The position numbers and the translations under genes are program-made. The notes beneath the pieces were generated by a model that searched no databases, had not been told where the DNA came from, and saw only the letters and a program-made list of their open reading frames with translations. 64,000 nucleotides of DNA from Candidatus Liptonbacteria bacterium (lineage in GTDB: Bacteria; Patescibacteriota; Minisyncoccia; UBA6257; 2-01-FULL-56-20), in NCBI GenBank assembly GCA_016194445.1, contig JACQBP010000035.1, forward strand, positions 4,396-68,395, read 5' to 3'. Below, in pieces: positions 1 to 8,228 of the stretch (within the stretch, counting starts at the first letter, position 1; every line of letters begins with the position of its first letter).

Positions 1-1
1 A

Positions 2-67
2 CGGCGTTTGGCTCAAGCGATTAAGCGGGCGAGGTTTTTGGGTCTTTTGTCGTTTGTTAGTCGCTAA
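2..67 (+). CDS. rpsR: 30S ribosomal protein S18, 3' end (partial)
   Basis: Frame 2 reads RRLAQAIKRARFLGLLSFVSR*, the conserved S18 C-terminal motif. Not in the ORF track. Confidence 0.9.
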   Translation, partial: RRLAQAIKRARFLGLLSFVSR

Positions 68-73
68 AGCTCC

Positions 74-157
74 GCTACGAAATACGAAAATGTACGAATA
101 TGCGAGAAGGCTCCATCCTTTCATTCGTATATTGGTAACGGATTCGTATTCTGTAGC
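74..157. repeat. TACGAA-rich inverted-repeat element (copy 1)
   Basis: GCTACGAAATACGAAAATGTACGAA ... TTCGTAT...TTCGTATTCTGTAGC. Related copies at 7051-7088 and 16736-16828. Confidence 0.7.
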
Positions 158-168
158 TAAGAAGGATA

Positions 169-735
169 ATGCGTAGTTTGAATGAAGAACTTTTTCTTTG
201 GATTTTTAATCTGGCTCATCAGAATATCTGGCTGGACCGGCTTTTGATTTTTACGGCGCAGTATTTGCCCTACATTCTTTTTCTCTCGGCGCTCGTACTC
301 ATTTTTTCAGAGCCGGGGTGGAAGCGGCGGATTTTTTTCGCTTCCCACTTAGTTTTAGTGATAGTCGTAGCGAGAGGAATAATCGTGGAAGCTCTAAATT
401 ACTTCTACCCCACCCTGCGGCCCTTTGAAGTTTTAGAAATCCAGCCTCTTTTTACGGTGGTTGGATCGTCTTTTCCTTCGAGTCACGCAACGATATTCTT
501 TGGGTTGACAGCGGTGATTTTTTACCTGAATAGAAAGTGGGGCTGGTGGTATTTTTTGCTGGTGACCATCAATGCTTTAGCCAGAGTGGCAGTGGGAGTC
601 CACTGGCCCCTCGATATTGCGGTCGGAGCTCTTATAGGAGTTTTAAGCGCGGTGATGGTTTACCAGTTGCTCGAAGTTTACTTCAAGAAAATTAGTTTGC
701 CTCAGGCGGTGAAAGGATGGGAAGTAGAAAAATAA
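169..735 (+). CDS. PAP2-family membrane phosphatase (BcrC-like undecaprenyl-diphosphatase)
   Basis: PAP2 motifs RPF, SFPSSH and ARVAVGVHWPLD; several TM helices. Confidence 0.9.
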   Translation: MRSLNEELFLWIFNLAHQNIWLDRLLIFTAQYLPYILFLSALVLIFSEPGWKRRIFFASHLVLVIVVARGIIVEALNYFYPTLRPFEVLEIQPLFTVVGSSFPSSHATIFFGLTAVIFYLNRKWGWWYFLLVTINALARVAVGVHWPLDIAVGALIGVLSAVMVYQLLEVYFKKISLPQAVKGWEVEK

Positions 736-764
736 AAAAAGAAGCCTAAAAAGATACCCCCGCT

Positions 765-1526
765 TCAAGTTGAAACGGGGGCGGTCATCGGTTTTTGCCT
801 GAGGCTGTCGCGAAGCCTGACAAGTTCGGTTACGATTCGCTCGGTAACCACGCGGCGGATATCTTCGTCTTTGGAGGTCGAAGAGCGGTCGAAGCGAATG
901 GGTTCTCCGAAGACAACCGTGGTTCGGCGACCAAAACCGGGGAATCTGGGCAACCAACGAGCCAGACCACTGTGTTTACCCGGCTGGCCGCCGAAAAGCC
1001 GGTCCGTGCCTTCGATGTAGGCTGGGATGACGACTGGGCTAGGGTTGCTTTTAGCCACCAAGTACCCTAGGCCATCTCTCATGTCTTCGAGGTTGTAGCT
1101 ACGGGTGCCTTGGGGAAAGATGTGAATGATACCGCCACCCACAATCCTCAAGAGGCGGGCAATCAACTCCCGGTTAAACCTGCCTCGATCAACCGGAATG
1201 GCTCGCCAGGCCTTCAAGATCAGTCTTACCAGCCAGAAGCCGAAGTAGTTTTCCCTGGCGGCCAGATGGTATGGTCGCACTCCGGGCCTCACGATGATTA
1301 CCGGTAAAAATCCGGCGATGCCGACGGCAAACGAATCAAACATGCTTAAGTGATTCGAGGCGACGATGGCGTTTCTTTCAATGCCTTCCAAGTTTCCCCG
1401 CCCGTAGACCCGCATTCGATTTAAAACCCGGAAATAAAAGAGACTGATGGCAACTCCGGCAATGACGGTGAAGTGTTCTGCCCAGATTTCAAGGCGGCGC
1501 AAGGCGGCTCGGACGGTCTTTTTCAT
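765..1526 (-). CDS. PlsC-like 1-acyl-sn-glycerol-3-phosphate acyltransferase
   Basis: NHLSMFD (HxxxxD), IPVDR and FPQGTRS motifs. SD GGAGGG upstream. Confidence 0.85.
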   Translation of the reverse strand: MKKTVRAALRRLEIWAEHFTVIAGVAISLFYFRVLNRMRVYGRGNLEGIERNAIVASNHLSMFDSFAVGIAGFLPVIIVRPGVRPYHLAARENYFGFWLVRLILKAWRAIPVDRGRFNRELIARLLRIVGGGIIHIFPQGTRSYNLEDMRDGLGYLVAKSNPSPVVIPAYIEGTDRLFGGQPGKHSGLARWLPRFPGFGRRTTVVFGEPIRFDRSSTSKDEDIRRVVTERIVTELVRLRDSLRQKPMTAPVST

Positions 1527-1999
1527 TGGTTACCCTCCTTTGGGTGCTAAGGGATATTTTAAAGAAGTTTGGGTTAGCTGACAACTGGACAAGTCATTAG
1601 GTTTCCCCAGCTTGCCCCGTAGAACAAGGTGGATAGCAATTTTTACGAAGCCGTTTTCTTAAACCAAGTCTTTGCAAAAAAATGTTCATTTTATTTTTGA
1701 GCCATTTTATCCTAAAAATTGGATGGGCTTCGCAATCCACTTTGTTATACGGGGCTTGCGTATTTTAATTATTTTTGGTAGGGTTACAGATAGTAATTCT
1801 TTTTGACATCTTGGTTTACGCTGAACTGATAAGAGAAGCTGGCTTGATTCGCACTCTTTTGGGGAACGGGGGATGAGGTTTCCCTTTAGAGTTTTCAATC
1901 ACGACTAGTGCTCGGACTAAAGGAGGCCGAGCGAAAAGAACTGGGAGCGAACTTAAGCTGGACGCAGTCATCCCTTTTCACTGTAGTAAGGAGGGCTTT

Positions 2000-2746
2000 A
2001 TGACGAGGAAGTGGCCTTGGCTGATGGCCATCGCGGTCGTATTTTTGGCGCTTCTTGTTGGCGGTTTCGATATGTCGCCGGCGTTCGCCAATTATCCGAA
2101 TCCGGTGGCTGTCACGACGAACGATCTCTGGGTCGAGTTTGTGGCCGACACGTCACCGCCGATTTCTGCTTTTGCGGTGTACCCAAACCCTTTAACTTTC
2201 GTCTCGGTCAATTCGGGCAGCGGGTACGGCAACTACACTTACGGTATCAATGTCGTCGAGTGCACGCTCGCAGGGGAATGTTCGGATTGCGCGGAAATCT
2301 CATCGGTGTGGAATGTCCAAGCGTCGAGTTCATTGGCGATCATGACCGGTACGGCGGCAAACTGCGGCGCATCACCGAGATTGGTGAGGCCAGCTTGCCT
2401 AGCTTCTTCTTCCGACGCGGACGATTACACAATGATGGCGACGATGCCTGTCGATAAGCCGGAGAACACGCGGACGATCATGTCAGCGCGTGACGCGATG
2501 ATTTCCGATCCGACGACGTGCCTGGCGGCAATGAAAATCGGCGGATATCGAGGCGAAGGTCTCGGGTCCGGCAATGTTCGCGCCAGTCCGATCTACTGCG
2601 GGGCGAAAATCGGTGGCTGTTACGGCGGCGGTCTGCGTGGGCCTGGCCCTGCTTCTCTCATCGACGGTTTGCCGGTAGGGGTCGTCAACAAGGAAACGAC
2701 GATCGCGGCGCCTCCATTCTCTTCGAAGACAGCGCGCTGGGCGTAG
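2000..2746 (+). CDS. Hypothetical secreted Cys/Gly-rich protein
   Basis: SD AAGGAGGG, N-terminal signal peptide ending near AFA, internal duplicated KIGG(Y/C)xGxGL motif, terminator downstream. Confidence 0.6.
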   Translation: MTRKWPWLMAIAVVFLALLVGGFDMSPAFANYPNPVAVTTNDLWVEFVADTSPPISAFAVYPNPLTFVSVNSGSGYGNYTYGINVVECTLAGECSDCAEISSVWNVQASSSLAIMTGTAANCGASPRLVRPACLASSSDADDYTMMATMPVDKPENTRTIMSARDAMISDPTTCLAAMKIGGYRGEGLGSGNVRASPIYCGAKIGGCYGGGLRGPGPASLIDGLPVGVVNKETTIAAPPFSSKTARWA

Positions 2747-2786
2747 ATCCCGAACCGGGATGAAACCTGCAAGCGCGCGAAATACA

Positions 2787-2828
2787 AAACCCTCGGGTGT
2801 ACAACACTGCACCCGGGGGTTTCTTTTT
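2787..2828 (+). terminator. Rho-independent terminator
   Basis: AAACCCTCGGGTGTA / TGCACCCGGGGGTTT hairpin followed by a T-rich tract. Confidence 0.75.
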
Positions 2829-2829
2829 C

Positions 2830-2896
2830 CCAGGTAGTAGAAACTCGACTTTGTTTTTTTGGAAGTAAAATGCCCAGTCGAGTTTTCACTACCCGG
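2830..2896. repeat. GTAG-type bulged palindrome, family 1, copy A
   Basis: CCAGGTAGTAGAAACTCGACT...AGTCGAGTTTTCACTACCCGG; five related copies in the window. Confidence 0.75.
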
Positions 2897-2999
2897 TGTT
2901 AATTTGACTCAACCCCTAGTTCGGGTATATTGACGGAAGCTGGAGGTTTGGGGAAGATCGACTTTGACACAGTAAAAACAGGAAGGAGGTGACCCCTAA

Positions 3000-3653
3000 G
3001 TGCTCTATCTTTTCGTTTTAACGGTTGCAATTTTCGCCTTTATTCTCGTGAGGCGAAAAAGCGAACGGGCTCTCGTGAACAGAGTCGAAGACTTGGCGAA
3101 GCTCGGGAAGGTGAAAAAGATCCGGGTTTTATCGAGTTGGTTTATCCCGGCGATTCTTGAAGAGTACTTAGTCGAGCCGGAGAGAGAAACGCGAGAAAGG
3201 GAGGAGGCAAGAGATTTAAAAGTGGCCTGGCCGGCCGAAGAGCCGGAGATGATCGAGATCAAGGTTTCAGCGCACTCAACTTTTTCCATACCGAGGTATT
3301 TTCCGGCGAGTATTATGGGGAAGCTTGAGTGGTACGAATTCTGGCCAATTATTGCCGAGCACGCAGGAGTTTGGCACTTGGCTCAAGTGGAGGAAGAGGT
3401 AGTCACGGCCGGCCGGACTCGCAAAGTGAAGCGAGTGATCTCAACGCGAGATTTTCTTCACACTGGAGAGAGGATCGGAGTCATTGTCCGAAAAGCCTTA
3501 ATGGAAGAAAAGGAGGAACATCACTATCGGGCGCCAAACCAGGGTTACTTGTTTTCACTTCAAGTCTCAAGTGGGATGGAAGTGGAGCCGGGGAACGTAC
3601 TGGTGGTAATGGCGATTCCTACCGGTCGACCAGCGACCAAGAAACCAGACTAG
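3000..3653 (+). CDS. Membrane-anchored protein with C-terminal biotinyl/lipoyl-like (barrel-sandwich) domain
   Basis: N-terminal TM helix. C-terminal GERIGVI...RAPNQGYLFSLQVSSGMEVEPGNVLVVM resembles the biotin/lipoyl fold. SD AGGAGG. Confidence 0.55.
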   Translation: MLYLFVLTVAIFAFILVRRKSERALVNRVEDLAKLGKVKKIRVLSSWFIPAILEEYLVEPERETREREEARDLKVAWPAEEPEMIEIKVSAHSTFSIPRYFPASIMGKLEWYEFWPIIAEHAGVWHLAQVEEEVVTAGRTRKVKRVISTRDFLHTGERIGVIVRKALMEEKEEHHYRAPNQGYLFSLQVSSGMEVEPGNVLVVMAIPTGRPATKKPD

Positions 3654-3690
3654 CCCGCCTTTTCTCTCTCAAGAGGGAGGCGGGTTTTTT
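3654..3690 (+). terminator. Rho-independent terminator
   Basis: CCCGCCT...AGGCGGG followed by TTTTTT. Confidence 0.8.
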
Positions 3691-3707
3691 GTTTGGTGGT
3701 AAAATCA

Positions 3708-4265
3708 TTATTTATAAAAATACCGATAAAAAATATATAAAATTATAACCCAGACAACATACAAAACCGTTCCGATCGTGACTAACTTTAAGTAGGTTCT
3801 AAAACCGGACTGTTCAACATTCGCTAATTTTTCTCCATACGCCGCTGTTTGTTTATGTCTTCTTAAAAAACTTGCGGAATACATCATCATGCCGAAGACT
3901 AGAACTGGAGCAATGAATTCAAGATATCGTAATTTTTTGATGTGATAAAGATAAACAGAAATGATTAACATCAAAAACAAAGTTGCACCAGCAACTACCC
4001 GAACCTTAAAGAAATCTGGAAATTGGCGAGCTATTTTCACCGCTTCTTTACTTTCTTCTTCCTGCGCTAGAAATTCTTTATTTTTTGACACGCGCGGATA
4101 GATGAGAAAGAAAAAAATTACAAGACAAATTCCAATGATAGTGCCAAAGTATTTTGCATTAAATTCAACTCCTAGTAGTATGAGAGTTATGGGTAAAACA
4201 AAAAGCACGAGAATAAAAATAATCCATACGAGTTTATTGGGATTCATTTCCAATGGAGATTTCAT
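3708..4265 (-). CDS. Hypothetical multi-pass membrane protein
   Basis: 185-aa AT-rich ORF with about five hydrophobic segments. Confidence 0.65.
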   Translation of the reverse strand: MKSPLEMNPNKLVWIIFILVLFVLPITLILLGVEFNAKYFGTIIGICLVIFFFLIYPRVSKNKEFLAQEEESKEAVKIARQFPDFFKVRVVAGATLFLMLIISVYLYHIKKLRYLEFIAPVLVFGMMMYSASFLRRHKQTAAYGEKLANVEQSGFRTYLKLVTIGTVLYVVWVIILYIFYRYFYK

Positions 4266-4327
4266 GTAGTCTGTAGTTTCTTAGATTAAAAATTTTTTTC
4301 CTCAAAAATGAAGTTGCCACTCATCAG

Positions 4328-4410
4328 TGGGCAGAGAGGGATTTGAACCCTCAAGGAGTTGCCTCCATAGGTTTTTGAGACCTACGCGTATACCGTTCCG
4401 CCACCTGCCC
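4328..4410 (-). tRNA. tRNA-Leu(CAA)
   Basis: GGGCAGGTGGCGGAACGGTATACGCG-TAGGT-CTCAAAA-ACCTA, long variable arm, GGTTCAAATCC T-arm. Confidence 0.95.
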
Positions 4411-4457
4411 CGTTTTATTGATTGATAATATGTTAAAAATTGATTAGAGTAAAGACA

Positions 4458-7052
4458 ATGGCGAGGGTGATTTCTATTTGTAATCAAAAAGGCGGGGTGG
4501 GGAAATGTTTGGCGCCAGGGACGCCGGTGCTTCTTTCGTCTGGAGAACTGGTGCCTATCGACAGGGTTTTTGAAAAGCACTGGGGAGATAATTTAGTGAA
4601 GAGGCTTGATAGCGACGGCGGAGTTTTTATTAAACCGAAACATGAGATCGGGGTTTTTTCTTTAGATGACGAACTTAAGATCGTTGAGGGCAAGGTGGAG
4701 GCTTTATACCGAGGAAGAGCGGAAAAGCTTCTCGAGATTAGAAGTAGTAGAGGTAAAACAGTAAAGGTAACCCCCACACACCCTTTCTTGTCGTTCAGGA
4801 ATGGTAAGCCAGGGTGGGTGTGTGCCAATGACTTGGAGGAAGGTGATTTTATTGCGGTACCCCGACAGGTCGAAGTCAGAAGTCGGAATAGCGCCGTAGA
4901 TCTGATTCCGATGGTTCCAGATGAAATTTATCTTTGGGTTAAGGACAAAGACTTTGTGGATGTTCATTTGGCCGACATTCTTTCCCGATCGAGTTTGAAT
5001 CTTGAGGATAAAATATTGTTTCAGCTCTTACAACAAGAAGAGGTGTCCGCTTCCAAACTTTATGCCACAGGAGGCAAGCCAGCTGTTTTTAAGCATCTGC
5101 GGTCGCTTTTGGCCAAAAATGTTGTAAGCCGAAGGAGGAGAGGGGAATATGTTTACTCACTCATTCGGGAAGGGGCCGTTGATTATATGTATCGGAGAGG
5201 TTTTTCGGTTCGAGTTTTTAAGGAGTGTGGTTGGGATAAAAATATGATTGCTAAGATGGGCTATCGCACTCGTTTTGGTTACACGTGTATTCCTATAAAC
5301 CCAATCTGGGAATTGGATAGAGATTTGGCGATTTTCCTCGCTATTATTTTAGCCGAAGGATATCTTGGGCCGTCGCGGATTGTGCTGTTTCATACCTCGC
5401 CTGAGATATTGGATTTTTTTAGCGCCTACTGTAGGAGGGTTGGGCTCCGATGCCAAAAAGAGTGGGTTGGTAATCAGTGGAAAGCGACGGTTAATCAAGC
5501 CGGAACCTTGATGAAGATTCTTCACGAGGTAGGGGAGGTGCCAATACGAGGCAATCGGAAATCATTTAAGGTTAAGGTTCCGGGGGTGGTGCTACGGGCA
5601 CCCAGAGAAATCTTAGCCGCTTATCTTGGCGCCTACATCGGCTGCGAGGGGTATATTGCAAAGGACAGGTCTACGGTTGAAGTGACCAGCGCTAGTTTTG
5701 AGAATATTATTGGGCTACAATATGCTTTTTTGAGATTTGGAATTAACAGTACTTTGAGGAGTGGATGGAAGTGGGCTACTAATTCTCCTGCGCCAAAGAA
5801 AAGGATGTATCACTTTCTTACCATTACCGGCTCTCATGATCTGCGGATTATTTTGGAAGGTTTGCCGATTTTGATTGAGGAAAAAGTCGAGAAACTCAAG
5901 AGGGTCTGTGAACTGAAACCAAACACTAATGTTGACGTAGTGCCAGGGGTAGGGTATTTGATAAAGTCGGTTCGGCAAAGCTTGGGGTTGCGGCAAAGAG
6001 ATGTCGGCATCCAAGGAACAATTACTGATTATGAAGATGGCAGTAATAATCCGTCAAGAACGGCGATCCAGGGAATGGTGGCCACTCTTTCGAGGAGCCC
6101 TTTGTTTTCTTATCAGGATCTCGAGGTAGAACTTTTGGATCGACTGGGATTCTCGGATGTGTTTTGGGAGCGGGTAACTTCTAAAACTTCTAGCGATTAC
6201 GATGGCTACGTTTATGATTTAACTGTTGGTAAATTCCATAATTTCATAGCTGGACAGGGTGGGTTGGTGGTGCACAATACGACGACGGCCGTTAATTTGG
6301 GGAGCTATTTGGCGGCGCTCGGTCGGCGGGTGTTACTCGTGGATTTTGACCCGCAGGCGAACGCGAGTTCGGCTTTGGGTTATGATCCTTTGCGGACGGA
6401 GCTTAGCGTTTATCACGGCATTATTAACGCCGCGCCGCACGAACACGTGATCCGGCCAACCGCCCTATTTAACTTTCATTTAGTGCCGGCGGCGCCGCAT
6501 TTGGCCGGAGCTTTAGTTGAGTTTGTGAATTTGCCGGAGCGGGAATATTTCCTTCGAAAGTTTATTAATCGCGTCAGACATAGCTACGATTATGTTTTAG
6601 TGGACTTGCCGCCGTCCTTGAGTCTGCTCACCGTGAACGGTTTGGTGGCATCGGATGAAGTTTTGGTGCCGGTGCAGGCGGAGTATTATAGCTTAGAAGG
6701 ATTGGGTCAGCTTTTGCAGACGATTGATTTGATTCGAAATAATTTGGGACACAACATTAAGGTTAGCGGCGCGGTGCTTACCATGTACAATAAGGGCGAA
6801 CGGTTGAGTCGGGAAGTGGCGACGAATTTAAGGAAAAATTTTCCGTACACTGTTTTCAACACTGAAATCCCCAGAAGTGTGGCGCTCGCGGAGGCGCCCA
6901 GTTTTTCGAAGCCGGTGATGCTTTACCGGCCGGATTCGATCGGGGCTTTAGCATATCGGAATTTGGCGGCGGAGGTTATGGCTCAAGAGAAGGAATTGAT
7001 TGCGGGGGCGATGGTAGCGAGTCAAGATTTTGGAAATTTTAATGTTATTTAG
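4458..7052 (+). CDS. parA: ParA/Soj chromosome partitioning ATPase, intein-containing
   Basis: NQKGGVGK|...|TTTAVNLG, LLVDFDPQANAS, DLPPSL, PVQAEYYSLEG, IPRSVALAEAPS. Spliced product about 273 aa. Directly upstream of parB. Confidence 0.95.
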   Translation: MARVISICNQKGGVGKCLAPGTPVLLSSGELVPIDRVFEKHWGDNLVKRLDSDGGVFIKPKHEIGVFSLDDELKIVEGKVEALYRGRAEKLLEIRSSRGKTVKVTPTHPFLSFRNGKPGWVCANDLEEGDFIAVPRQVEVRSRNSAVDLIPMVPDEIYLWVKDKDFVDVHLADILSRSSLNLEDKILFQLLQQEEVSASKLYATGGKPAVFKHLRSLLAKNVVSRRRRGEYVYSLIREGAVDYMYRRGFSVRVFKECGWDKNMIAKMGYRTRFGYTCIPINPIWELDRDLAIFLAIILAEGYLGPSRIVLFHTSPEILDFFSAYCRRVGLRCQKEWVGNQWKATVNQAGTLMKILHEVGEVPIRGNRKSFKVKVPGVVLRAPREILAAYLGAYIGCEGYIAKDRSTVEVTSASFENIIGLQYAFLRFGINSTLRSGWKWATNSPAPKKRMYHFLTITGSHDLRIILEGLPILIEEKVEKLKRVCELKPNTNVDVVPGVGYLIKSVRQSLGLRQRDVGIQGTITDYEDGSNNPSRTAIQGMVATLSRSPLFSYQDLEVELLDRLGFSDVFWERVTSKTSSDYDGYVYDLTVGKFHNFIAGQGGLVVHNTTTAVNLGSYLAALGRRVLLVDFDPQANASSALGYDPLRTELSVYHGIINAAPHEHVIRPTALFNFHLVPAAPHLAGALVEFVNLPEREYFLRKFINRVRHSYDYVLVDLPPSLSLLTVNGLVASDEVLVPVQAEYYSLEGLGQLLQTIDLIRNNLGHNIKVSGAVLTMYNKGERLSREVATNLRKNFPYTVFNTEIPRSVALAEAPSFSKPVMLYRPDSIGALAYRNLAAEVMAQEKELIAGAMVASQDFGNFNVI
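4506..6278 (+). mobile_element. Intein (591 aa) with LAGLIDADG homing endonuclease
   Basis: Starts CLAPGTPV, block B VTPTHPF, LAGLIDADG-like LAIILAEG and LGAYIGCEG, ends VYDLTV...HNFIA...VVHN, followed by Thr+1. Confidence 0.95.
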
Positions 7053-7094
7053 CTACGAAATACGAATTTTTTACTAATATACTAATAAAAAATC

Positions 7095-8228
7095 ATGCTA
7101 GGCAAAGGATTAGAATCTTTAATTCCGCCGGGGGGTGGACAGAAGCCGAATGATGGCGGATCCAGCCAGTCTCAAGATGCGGGTTTGACGGGACAGGCCC
7201 CGATACTAGAATTTCGAAAACCTGAAGGTTCGATAAGTTCGAAATTCAGTACGGGACAGGCCCAGCCCCACTTTCGAGAGAAAGATGGAGCTGGGCAAGC
7301 CCGGATAGTAGAAACTCGGAAGCCTGAAGGTTCGACGAGTTCGAAATTCAGTACGGAACAAGCCCAGCCCCACCTTGTGGATAAAAGTGGAGCTGGGCAA
7401 CCGCGCCTTCGCGAGCACGCTTCGGCGGGCGAGGCGATTTTTCAGATTGAAGTTTCAAAAATTAAACCGAATCCGCATCAACCGAGAAAAGATTTCGACG
7501 AGGAGTCAATCAAGGAACTCGCGGCGTCAATTAGCGAGGTAGGGATTTTACAGCCCTTGGTGGTCACTAAAGTTGAAAAAGAGACGCCGACGGGGACGGA
7601 TGTTGAATACATACTGATCGCTGGGGAGAGGCGGCTTTTAGCATCCAAGAGATTGGGGTTAGAGAGGGTGCCGGCTATTATTAAAAAATTGGATTTTGAA
7701 AGAGAGAGACTCGAGATGGCCATTGTCGAGAATCTCCAAAGGGAAGATCTGAACCCCATTGAAACCGCGAGGGCCTTTTCGAGACTGCAAGATGAATTCA
7801 ATTTAACCCAACGAGAAATTGCCACTCGTTTAGGCAAAAGCCGAGAGGCGGTGGCGAACACCGTCAGACTTTTAGATTTGCCGGTCTTTATACAAGAGGC
7901 GCTGGCGAGAATCCAGATCACGGAGACGCACGGAAGATTGTTACTGGCGGTGGCTGATCCGGCGGCGCAGAGGAAACTTTTTGATGATATTTTACTCAAA
8001 AGAATGACCACTCGGGAGCTCAAAGAAAGAGTCAAACCTCAAAAAGGGAACAGCGGAATTTTAACTGGGAACGATTTACCTCCCGAACTTCAGAGTTTGC
8101 AAGAAGAATTAGTCTCGAAATTAGGAGCGCCAGTGCGGATTCAGCAGCAGGGTAAAACTGGGAAAATTACGATCAGCTTCTTTTCCGAAGAAGAACTCCG
8201 AAGCATTGTCGAGAAGTTAGGCAATTAG
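7095..8228 (+). CDS. parB: ParB/Spo0J partition protein with repeat-derived N-terminal insertion
   Basis: LGKGLESLI, PNPHQPRK, LIAGERR, ENLQREDLNPIE, HTH region. Confidence 0.95.
   Translation: MLGKGLESLIPPGGGQKPNDGGSSQSQDAGLTGQAPILEFRKPEGSISSKFSTGQAQPHFREKDGAGQARIVETRKPEGSTSSKFSTEQAQPHLVDKSGAGQPRLREHASAGEAIFQIEVSKIKPNPHQPRKDFDEESIKELAASISEVGILQPLVVTKVEKETPTGTDVEYILIAGERRLLASKRLGLERVPAIIKKLDFERERLEMAIVENLQREDLNPIETARAFSRLQDEFNLTQREIATRLGKSREAVANTVRLLDLPVFIQEALARIQITETHGRLLLAVADPAAQRKLFDDILLKRMTTRELKERVKPQKGNSGILTGNDLPPELQSLQEELVSKLGAPVRIQQQGKTGKITISFFSEEELRSIVEKLGN
7194..7398. repeat. Two tandem 102-bp units inside parB, each made of a family-1 and a family-2 palindrome
   Basis: Translated as QAPILEFRKPEGSISSKFSTGQAQPHFREKDGAG / QARIVETRKPEGSTSSKFSTEQAQPHLVDKSGAG. 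Confidence 0.85.

Noticed and set aside
643-1307. Short ORFs overlapping PAP2/PlsC, and similar antisense ORFs throughout the window
   Set aside because: Shadow frames of well-supported genes, with no motifs.
7194-7398. CRISPR-like repeat array
   Set aside because: Only two 102-bp units, no unique spacers, in frame inside parB, and no cas genes.
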